From positions 32,001 to 96,000 of the IMG/VR virus record IMGVR_UViG_3300001580_000006: DNA of 64,000 bases; one strand, given 5' to 3'. The notes beneath the pieces are model-generated. The model ran no database searches. It was given only the letters and a program-made list of their open reading frames with translations, and was not told the DNA's origin. The DNA is from a virus. Lineage: Duplodnaviria > Caudoviricetes. Shown here one piece after another: positions 8,075-17,200 of this stretch (the first letter of the stretch is position 1; the number at the start of each line of letters is the position of its first letter). A program made the position numbers and the translations under genes.

Positions 8075-11000
8075 TAAATAGGGATCCAAATAACGAGCAA
8101 CGGCAAACTAGTAGTAATCTAGTAAAGGCGGTTGCTGGTATAGGTTTTAGCTTAGTAGCCTTCACGCTTCTGGAGCGCCCGCTCAGAGGTGTGGGACTAG
8201 CTTTGTCTCAGAGGGCTGGTCTAGCAATGAAGGGTGCGTCTTCTACTTTAAGCACAGCTTGGAAAGCAGCTGCTAGCGAAGCCGTAGAGATGCCATCTGG
8301 AGTAGCCGGCACGATTGGTAGATCAGCTGCTGGCTGGAGCCGCACTGCAGAAGCGTTGGCCGCCGAGGGGCAAAAAGGCAAATACGTTCTTCCTGGTCCG
8401 GCAAGAGTTCTTGATCACTGGATGCGCGGCGCATCTGCAGAGTACTCTAACCTTAGACAAAGTGCTTCTGGGGCCTATAAATCATTTACATCTGCATGGA
8501 AGCCTGGAGGGGCTGCAGCCGAAGCTGCAACAAGAAATGTACCAGCCGAGCTACGTGAAAGAGCAACGTCTATTGGTAAGTTCAAGGCCTTCTTTGGCAA
8601 TACCAACGATAGGGGTATGCGCTGGGCCGGTGCCGGCCAGAAGTGGTTTGGTCAGTATCTCACAACCTTGCCCTCCTTCTATCTAGCTGAAAAAGCCACT
8701 GGTTTAATAACCAGACGCGAGGGCGAGTCTAAGAAGAGAGCTTTCTGGAATCTTCCAGGGCACGCTTACGATTTTGCCAAGTTTGCAGTTTCGTTTGCCC
8801 CAGGTGACCTTCTATTCCGTGGTGCTGGAAAAGCAATGAGCGCTGCTCTACATGGCGGGGCCTACAAAGTAGGTATGGCAGCCCGCACACCAGAAGGGCA
8901 GAAGATAGCAGGAAGCTTTGCTGGACTAATATCAAAAGCTGGTGACTTTGGATACAGGGTACAGCAGGCATCCAAAGCGTTTAGTGAAGGCTACCACTCA
9001 CACAACTCCTATACGAATTCTGGATCCACTGTTACTAGAGTTGCAGAAAAAGCTGCTAATGTATTTGCTGGTGCGCTGCGTGGGGCTACCAATTTCTTAG
9101 TAAAAGCTTCTGATAGCAGTATACGCCGTAAGTCCCTTTCATCTCAGGCTGCTAGCCGCCTACACGGGGCGTGGACAGAGGCCGCCTCCTTGGGTGGAAG
9201 CACTTCTGCTGCAAACCAGGCCGTAAGAATAGTTGGACGACAGGGTGGCTTATTTGAGTTTGGGCAGGTAAAGAAATATAATATGATGGAGCAGTTGCTT
9301 GGTGTTAAACAGCAGCGTCGCTCAGCAGATGATTTTATAGGGCTAGTCACCAAGGAGTATGGCCAAGGCGGCTTCGCTGATGCCGTGGCAGGGGTATTTA
9401 AGAGTGGAGCAGGTAGACGAAGCGGGTACCACGCCAACTACAGACTTCCAGGCGACTACACCCAAGGCGACCTATCTTGGATTCTACCAGAGAACTTAAA
9501 GAAGGGTGCCGCGTCGGTTCTTGCGTCTGCCTCTATTACAATACCAAAAATAGGGACGATACGCCCATTCCAGTTTATGCGCGTGCACAGCGTCCTTACC
9601 CCAAAACACTATATTGGCGGAGAACGAGACCAATACTTTGCTACGCTTGCCGAGCAGGACCCACGTCTGAAGAAAATAGCGGAAACATTCCACCCTGGCG
9701 ATCCAGCTAGTGTAGCATATAATAAAATAACAAGTGACAGTGGTATATTTTCCGGTGTTCAGGCTGAGCAACTGGGAACTCAGTTCCAGATACTTAAAGG
9801 CTGGAATCCTGGAGTTCTTCACGCAAGTAGAGGCGGCCTTACCGTGGCTGCTGGTGAAAAGTTGTTCTTTGTCAATAGTGGAGGAAAGGCTGCCACTCTT
9901 AGTGGGTTTAAAGCATTTCCAGTACAGGAACACGAACGCCGCATAATGAGCAATCTTATCTTTGGTAAAGCTGAGGATAAGTTTAAGACTACTGCCGAGC
10001 TGTCCGCAGAAAAGAGTTGGAATCCTTTACGTGGTTTGCTCGACGGTATTAATAGAAAGCTAGAGATCGGAAGATACGCCAATAAAGAAATGGCGTTTGG
10101 TGCGCACGCTCTTCCAACCGGATACCGCAATCTAACAGATAGACGATCTATTCTAAATATATTCTCAGCCGTACCTACTGATAATGCTGGCTGGGAAGCA
10201 GCTGTTGAACACTATAGGACTATTGCTGGTAGAACCCAGACTGGGGTTAGATCTAGGTCTGCTTGGTTTATCGAAGATTTAGCAGACTTAGTGCATAACA
10301 AAGAAGTACAAGACATAATAGGCAGTAAGGATGCTGGCCTAAGAAAAGCTATTACCGACGAAGCCGAGGCAGCGCGCTATTTGCGGGAGCTGTCTGTGTC
10401 ACAAACTGGCAAGGCGTCGAACCTAGTTGCAACTAGAGTTGGCTGGCTGGCCCGTGAGTTAAACGCAGATGTAGGAGCAGGAGTAGTATCATCCGGTCAT
10501 CGCGGTCTTAATCAAGGTCAGCTTGTAAGATCTGCGAGCTTATTTGCTGGCATAGAGAACCGCGCAGACAAGGCAGAGATATTTGACCAGCTGCTGTCGC
10601 TTAACAGTTTAGATAGAAGAGCAAAAGATTCTCTGCGTGTTGCCAAATTTGATGCTATGCTAGAGGATTCTCTACAGCAAAGGTTATTAGATCTAAGGGG
10701 TGACTTTACGCCGCAGAATATGCAGCGTCAAGCCTTTGAGGCACACCGCACCATCAAAGAAGCTATGATAGATAGCAACATCTCTGGCTCATTACACAGA
10801 ATGACCAAAGATAGATCTGTCAGCTTAGCGTTTGAAAACTCTAGTACGGCCATGGACTTCCTCAGCGATGAATATCGCAGGGGAAGACCCGGGTTAGCCA
10901 GTGTACTACTAGAGGACCGTGGCGCAACTAGAACAGTAATGGACTGGATAAACCCAACAGCTAGTGAGCAACTTACTAGAACCGGGTTGACCAGCCGTAT

Positions 11001-14000
11001 GTTTCTTGAGCGCTTTACCAACATTCTTGGCTTAAGGTCGGATAATGTTTCCAGCAACGCAGCATTATTTGGTAAGGTATTTACTCATAGAATTCTACCT
11101 ATGGCTGGAGCCATTTATGGGCTCAGAGCATTAGACACGTTCACCGACGCCAATCCTCTATTTGCTGGTACTATGCTAGATGAGGGTATATTTGTTGCTG
11201 CCGGCGAACAGGTTGCTAAGACACACTTGCTATCATCTAGGGTTCTGGATGCATCTGGTTTGACTCATGCTTCTAAGTGGGCAGAGGGTTTAATGCCAGG
11301 CTTTATAAACTCTCCGATGGCCCGCTTTACGCGAACAGTAGGTATGCCTTTGGCTGGGTATGGCCTAGGAATGAAATATGGTGGGCTGCATAGTGCAAAA
11401 ACAGGGCTAATAGCTGGTCTTGCATTAGATGCCACCTTAGGCTTTGGTTTAACCGATCTTACAAAGACACATGGCGAGCTGGTAGATGAATACGCCGGCC
11501 GTACAGAGGTTCCTGTCAAGAAAGGTCGTTGGTGGGAATTCGGAAAGACCCCATATGAAGGCACACAGATACAGTATTTCCGGCCGAATTGGTTTGCTAG
11601 GTTAAAGAGTCAGCATCAGTATACACCAGAAGGATTTGGCACTAAATGGGAATCGCTATTATTCCAACCAATTCCATTTATAGATGCTGCTCCTGGTATG
11701 TTAATAGAGCCAGACTGGTACGCTAGGAAGAACTACTTAACAAGACCGTATCCAGTCACATCAAATCCATTTAGCGAAGCAGCAATAGTAGGGCCTTTGG
11801 CTGGTGCTACCATTGGTAGTGTGTTAAACCCACCAAGCGTAATGCACGGGAGGGAGCTTGAATCAGCGCTAACTAATCCTGGCTCAAACGCCAACATGTT
11901 TGGCGGTACCGGGCTAGGAACTAGCGGTAACTATATGGCCGGCACACCACAAGGTGCACAAATTTCAGGGCCATCTGATTGGCAGCAGACGCTTAGTAGA
12001 CAGTTCTACTACGGCATAACCGAACCAGGTGGTTTATTTGGGTGGGCGGCTTCAAACTTGGCGGGCGGGCAGATGCCGCTAGCAAAACCAAATGAGCTGG
12101 CAAGCGCTACAGCAGCACAATCCCAGATTAAGAGGTTTTGGGATCTGAACCTTGGCGGATTTGGTCTCCTTAGCGAACCAATTCGTAGGCTACTTCCTAG
12201 AGAGCTGGCCGCCATCAACAAGATTAACCCAATAATGAATACAATGGCCGACTGGCTACCAGAGAATATGCAGCGAGGTGATCAGTTTGCTTCCATGCCT
12301 GAGGGATCGTTGCGGCTGCCTGGCACTGGTTATGAGACAATGCGTGCCGTAACGCATGCGTTTCCATCTCGTGAATCCCAGCTTGGCAAATCAATGTCTG
12401 AGATTGTGCAAGGTATGCTTGGTATGCCACAATCTATGTCTGAAGAACAAGAAGAAATAATGTCTGGTGGCACTGAAATTCACAGACAGATACAAGAGGA
12501 GCTAACTAGGCAAAACCTTGCTGTAGCAATAGAACAGAACATATATGACCCGTACCACGATATATCTGGTACAGCTGACTTAATACTAAGATATGGTCGT
12601 GAGCAAGCTGTTGGCGAAATCAAGACAAAATCTTTAGAAGCTATGCAGAAACTGTCGGGTCCGCAACAGTCGCACATGAGCCAGCTCAACTTCTACTTAC
12701 ATACTACAAAGATGCGTCGTGGATTCCTTATTTATGCAGCCAGAGAAGACCCGTCAGTGCGCAAAGTGTACGAGTTCAATTATTCTCGTAATATGTTTGA
12801 GCGTGATATGGCAAAGGTTGAGCAGGCTAGAGCTGCGGCAGCTGATTTGCTGACCACCGTTCCAACAACGCACGGAGCATCCTACTCCCACGCCGACCGT
12901 CTAAAGATTCTCGCTGACGTAGCACCAACCTCTGACCAGTACTACAGAGAATTGATGATGACTACAAAGCAGAGCAAGATGGGGCTAATGTCACCAGAGG
13001 AGCAGTACACATACGAGACTGCGTTAAAGCAGCGCAATAGCCAAATGCGCGGCATGGACTTGTATCCAAATAGGTTCCTTGGGAAGATGATGAGCCCAGA
13101 GGCTACTTATAATCTGCAGTCTGAGAACACTAACATTAAGGCTGCCTCCGAATATAATATAGCCGAACGAGCTATGGGTGCTGCCTGGGAAGGACTTCAG
13201 GCTGTGCCAAACCCGCTATCAACCAAGTTCTTTAACTATCAGACACCCGAACAGGCATATCAGCGAGCTCAGATGTATGGCAATCTGGAGCAATCCTGGG
13301 ATCACCCAGTACGTAGCTTTGTTACACCATATGGTCAAAGGTTTCTTGGTTCTAGCAATCCAGTATCAGGTGCTTGGAGAGGAGGTATGGCTGGCTTTCT
13401 GATGGGCGGTCCTGCCGGCGCTGCACTGTTAGGAAGCATGGGTGCTATGTATGGTGGCGGTTATAGTGCTGTAAAGGCCACTACTGGGTGGTCATACCTG
13501 CCAAGCGAAGTTAAAAAAGAACGTGCTTTAAATCAGACATTTGATAGGCTAGCTTTTGCGAAAGGCATGGTGGACAATCAAATGACGGGCAGCCCAGAGT
13601 CGTTTGAGATGGCGCAAAATACCTATACTGCGTGGAACACTGGTAGGTCTAGCTCAATGGCTAACTTTATGAGAGCTACTCCGCACCAGGAACGACAATT
13701 TATGGGGGCGTTTATTAATACCACCGATCCTGCCGAGCGCAATAGAATATTAAAGATGTTGCCTACTCCAGCCGCCGAGGGCTTAGAGCGTGTATGGAAT
13801 AACCAAGAAGGAGCCAGCTTTGCATCACACTCCGGAGCAGAAGACTATGTCGCCTCCCAAGGCATGATGAACCAAGCAAGAAACTGGCAGGCTTTCACTC
13901 CACAGACTATGCAGGCTACCAAAGTTAAGATGATTAAAAACGAAGGGCTGAAGGTCCAAGACTTTGGTCTTGGCTACGCGTCACAACTATATGGTGTACA

Positions 14001-14256
14001 AAACAACCCAAACGTTCCAGATTCTATGAACCTAAGTGATCCGCTAGGGGTGGGGGCTGCCCCATCGGTGCAGTTTGACTCAGTCCAAATTAAGAGACAA
14101 ATAGAGCAGATGCTTATTAATAGGGGTGCTAGAAGCATACAAGTATCGGTCAATGAAGTATCTGGCGTAGAGGCCAGAGGAACTCTCACTATTAACTGTC
14201 GCCAAGATAGAACACAAGACATGCTATCTGTGTTGAGATCAACGAGCAATGATTAA
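8071..14256 (+). CDS. Giant tape-measure/ejection-like virion protein with an internal PD-(D/E)XK (Cas4/RecB-like) nuclease domain
   Basis: 2061 aa, Ala/Gly-rich with glycine-zipper hydrophobic segments, at the tape-measure position. GTEIH...IEQ...SGTADL...GEIKT...QLNFYL...GFLIY lies at ~12470-12740. Confidence 0.7.
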   Translation: MINRDPNNEQRQTSSNLVKAVAGIGFSLVAFTLLERPLRGVGLALSQRAGLAMKGASSTLSTAWKAAASEAVEMPSGVAGTIGRSAAGWSRTAEALAAEGQKGKYVLPGPARVLDHWMRGASAEYSNLRQSASGAYKSFTSAWKPGGAAAEAATRNVPAELRERATSIGKFKAFFGNTNDRGMRWAGAGQKWFGQYLTTLPSFYLAEKATGLITRREGESKKRAFWNLPGHAYDFAKFAVSFAPGDLLFRGAGKAMSAALHGGAYKVGMAARTPEGQKIAGSFAGLISKAGDFGYRVQQASKAFSEGYHSHNSYTNSGSTVTRVAEKAANVFAGALRGATNFLVKASDSSIRRKSLSSQAASRLHGAWTEAASLGGSTSAANQAVRIVGRQGGLFEFGQVKKYNMMEQLLGVKQQRRSADDFIGLVTKEYGQGGFADAVAGVFKSGAGRRSGYHANYRLPGDYTQGDLSWILPENLKKGAASVLASASITIPKIGTIRPFQFMRVHSVLTPKHYIGGERDQYFATLAEQDPRLKKIAETFHPGDPASVAYNKITSDSGIFSGVQAEQLGTQFQILKGWNPGVLHASRGGLTVAAGEKLFFVNSGGKAATLSGFKAFPVQEHERRIMSNLIFGKAEDKFKTTAELSAEKSWNPLRGLLDGINRKLEIGRYANKEMAFGAHALPTGYRNLTDRRSILNIFSAVPTDNAGWEAAVEHYRTIAGRTQTGVRSRSAWFIEDLADLVHNKEVQDIIGSKDAGLRKAITDEAEAARYLRELSVSQTGKASNLVATRVGWLARELNADVGAGVVSSGHRGLNQGQLVRSASLFAGIENRADKAEIFDQLLSLNSLDRRAKDSLRVAKFDAMLEDSLQQRLLDLRGDFTPQNMQRQAFEAHRTIKEAMIDSNISGSLHRMTKDRSVSLAFENSSTAMDFLSDEYRRGRPGLASVLLEDRGATRTVMDWINPTASEQLTRTGLTSRMFLERFTNILGLRSDNVSSNAALFGKVFTHRILPMAGAIYGLRALDTFTDANPLFAGTMLDEGIFVAAGEQVAKTHLLSSRVLDASGLTHASKWAEGLMPGFINSPMARFTRTVGMPLAGYGLGMKYGGLHSAKTGLIAGLALDATLGFGLTDLTKTHGELVDEYAGRTEVPVKKGRWWEFGKTPYEGTQIQYFRPNWFARLKSQHQYTPEGFGTKWESLLFQPIPFIDAAPGMLIEPDWYARKNYLTRPYPVTSNPFSEAAIVGPLAGATIGSVLNPPSVMHGRELESALTNPGSNANMFGGTGLGTSGNYMAGTPQGAQISGPSDWQQTLSRQFYYGITEPGGLFGWAASNLAGGQMPLAKPNELASATAAQSQIKRFWDLNLGGFGLLSEPIRRLLPRELAAINKINPIMNTMADWLPENMQRGDQFASMPEGSLRLPGTGYETMRAVTHAFPSRESQLGKSMSEIVQGMLGMPQSMSEEQEEIMSGGTEIHRQIQEELTRQNLAVAIEQNIYDPYHDISGTADLILRYGREQAVGEIKTKSLEAMQKLSGPQQSHMSQLNFYLHTTKMRRGFLIYAAREDPSVRKVYEFNYSRNMFERDMAKVEQARAAAADLLTTVPTTHGASYSHADRLKILADVAPTSDQYYRELMMTTKQSKMGLMSPEEQYTYETALKQRNSQMRGMDLYPNRFLGKMMSPEATYNLQSENTNIKAASEYNIAERAMGAAWEGLQAVPNPLSTKFFNYQTPEQAYQRAQMYGNLEQSWDHPVRSFVTPYGQRFLGSSNPVSGAWRGGMAGFLMGGPAGAALLGSMGAMYGGGYSAVKATTGWSYLPSEVKKERALNQTFDRLAFAKGMVDNQMTGSPESFEMAQNTYTAWNTGRSSSMANFMRATPHQERQFMGAFINTTDPAERNRILKMLPTPAAEGLERVWNNQEGASFASHSGAEDYVASQGMMNQARNWQAFTPQTMQATKVKMIKNEGLKVQDFGLGYASQLYGVQNNPNVPDSMNLSDPLGVGAAPSVQFDSVQIKRQIEQMLINRGARSIQVSVNEVSGVEARGTLTINCRQDRTQDMLSVLRSTSND

Positions 14257-17200
14257 ATATAGTCAACGAAATCGTACATATCATAAGGACGACAAGAAGC
14301 TTTACCATATAGGCTTCTCTGCTGCTGGGCTTGGCCTAACAGCCTTTAGTGCGTGGTCTGGCTATAAGTACTTTATGCAGAAGTACGCAACCTCTTCCAT
14401 TGGCGTGGCTGGCTTTATTAACCATATGCGCAGCAACGTTACCAACATGGTGAGGCAGACTGTTGCTCCAAGCGGAGCTAAGGTTAGCAAAATAAGGTCC
14501 CCTTATATGATGGCTACTAGAGCGCTGCACCCAGAAATCAATAAATTGCATGATGTCGCCGTCGCCGTCCGCAGTAGAGTAGTGGTGGAGTCTTCTGAAA
14601 AACAACTAAGCAACTACTACTCACAGATTGCTAAGATAGTTAAGAAATACAACCTCAACATGACACTAGATGAAATTCGTACTGTCGTTGAGGAGTCGGC
14701 TGCTAATACACAACGCAACGCTTATAATTATATAAATGTTGGTTGGGAAAGCGTTTCTGTTGCTGATTCAAAGAAGAACGCAGCCAAGAGATTTCTACGA
14801 ACAATCGAAGAGTCAATCGAGGCCCCAAAGGCTAAGTTTAGAATGAATAGATATCGCCTATCTAATTATGATGAAGCAGTTAGAACTGGCGAACCACTAC
14901 AACGTAGTGTAGAATTTAAAAAGCATTGGTGGAGGCAATATAAGGATGAACTCAGCACCACTATACTAGCTGGTAGGCAGTCAATTACCGCCACCTCTAT
15001 TGGCAGAACTGCTGGACTTATATATGACAAGGAGGGCGATAAAGCCATAGGTTCTCTGGCAGAACCATTCCGTGCATCTATTGAGCAAGCCTTGGGGCTA
15101 GCTAAACGCACATCACTTACTGGGCAGTCAGGCACAGAGTTTATAAAGCAATATACTAGTGAGCTAGAGGCTAGGCAGTATGCGTTACGAGGAGTTGTTG
15201 GGTCGAGCATAGAAACTGGCACCAAAGATGGATATAACCTGCAGTCTATTATTAATCGAATGAAATCCAATCTAAATAGTCTGAAGAACTATAGACCAGA
15301 TGGCGTGCCAGTAATTGGCGATTATAACATAGAGGCCGTAGAGATGAAGGATGGCTATCGCTATCTAAAACTTACTATTGACGATAGCCCATATTATTTT
15401 GGCCTAACCAAGAAGAGAGGGTTTGACTTCAAGCGTTCTCCTTTTGCTATGGAGACCGACTTATCGCGTCTTACGTATGGCGCTAAAATGGGTACAACTG
15501 CCTCAGAACTAGAAATACTTAGAGACGTGACTGAGAGATTGAATTCACTTCCAGGCCAAATATTAGGTGAACGAAATAGACTATCTGAGAAGACGGGTCT
15601 TGATAAAGTATTTGACAAGTCCAACCTGCGGCTAAAAGTAAAAGATATATTAAACAGAACGCTGAAGTTTGATAGACATGAGACAGGAAGGGAAGCTACA
15701 AACTTCCAGTTTAATACCCGTGCTATGTCTAGAGCAAACGTTGCCCAAGATTGGTTTGGGCGGGTTATGACCGCACACAGCAACAACCCATCTAGGCTTA
15801 CTGAATCTCTAAAAACTATAATGGAGCTAGCTTCAGATAAGTCTAAGGTGGCTACAATAGATATCGAGACCGACATAAGCTCAAAAGGTAAGCCCATAAC
15901 CAAACTTGCTGTATACAAAGAGGGTGCAGCGCCGCTGGTTCTATACACCGAAGCGTTTGGAAAGCAAAGTGCTGAAGCCTATATGCTAACCCAGGGAGGC
16001 ATGGAAATAAAGAACGCCGGCACTAGAGCAGTATTACAGGTAAGAGACGCCCACTATATGGCTCTTGAGAAAGCAGGAGTTGTTAGCAAAAGCACCACGG
16101 CTATGGCACAACAGGTGCAGGATTATCTAAAAGGTGTTTCGACAGTTACATACCATGGTGGTAAAATCGGCGACATCACCCAGTTGGCGGCTGCAGGAAT
16201 TAACTTACAAGGCAAGTATAAGACAGTTGATAGCTACAAGCTAGCAAAATCGTTTGATTTGGGAAGCAAGTCTCTACAGGCTTTGATGGATCTGCACGTT
16301 ACAGAACAAGAATTTGCAGAGATACAACTACAAGCTGAAAATGGGATAATGAAGCATCTTCCAGGAGAAGTACGTGGAAAAGTGCAAGCACACCTCCACC
16401 AACCTGAAATAGATGCCATGGTTACTCATAAATATATGTTTGGCCGTAAGGGCGTAGTTAACCAAGTATTAACGGAGCTTCTTGGTAGCTCAACATACAC
16501 AAATGCCCAAATTGGGGAACTTAGAGCCGTACTTGGCGAGGGGTTTGCCACTACTGAGCTGCTGGCCAAGATTAGACAAAGGGTTGGAGCAAAGATGGCG
16601 TCGCTGTCATACTTAAGCTCTACCGGTAAGAAACAGAAGGCGCAGACTATACTTAATTTAAGATCACCTATGACTGCGCCACAGGTAACTGCACAGTTTT
16701 TTAAAGACCACCATCCGATAATAGTTAATGAAAAGCTTGCTGGAAGGATGAGAATAACCGGACTATCCTCCGCCTTTTCTATACTTGAGGATGGGTCTAT
16801 TAATGAGTCTCAGGCTAGTCGTCTATATGAAAGACTAGCAAAACCAGGCATGAGCCAGATGTTCACCGGTGATGCAATTAAGTCAGACGTTATGACTATC
16901 ATAGGCCACCCCGGAATGCAGTTAGGCGGTGCTGTTGTTTCTAAGACTGCTGCTAAATCATTGATGCCTGTAGTAGAGCACACTGTAGATTTGGAGCCAG
17001 GCGACTCGCTATCAGGATTTGTTATAGATTATCAAAAGCTAATTAACAAGCCATCACGCACACAAGCCGACGAATTGCGCTTGTCAGATCTTGGTAGAGA
17101 GTTAAAGCGTGGATTTGCTAAGCGCGCCAATATATCAGACGAGGACCTGGTGGCCAACTTTGACAACATCACTTTCGATATTGGAACCAAAGAAGGAGGG

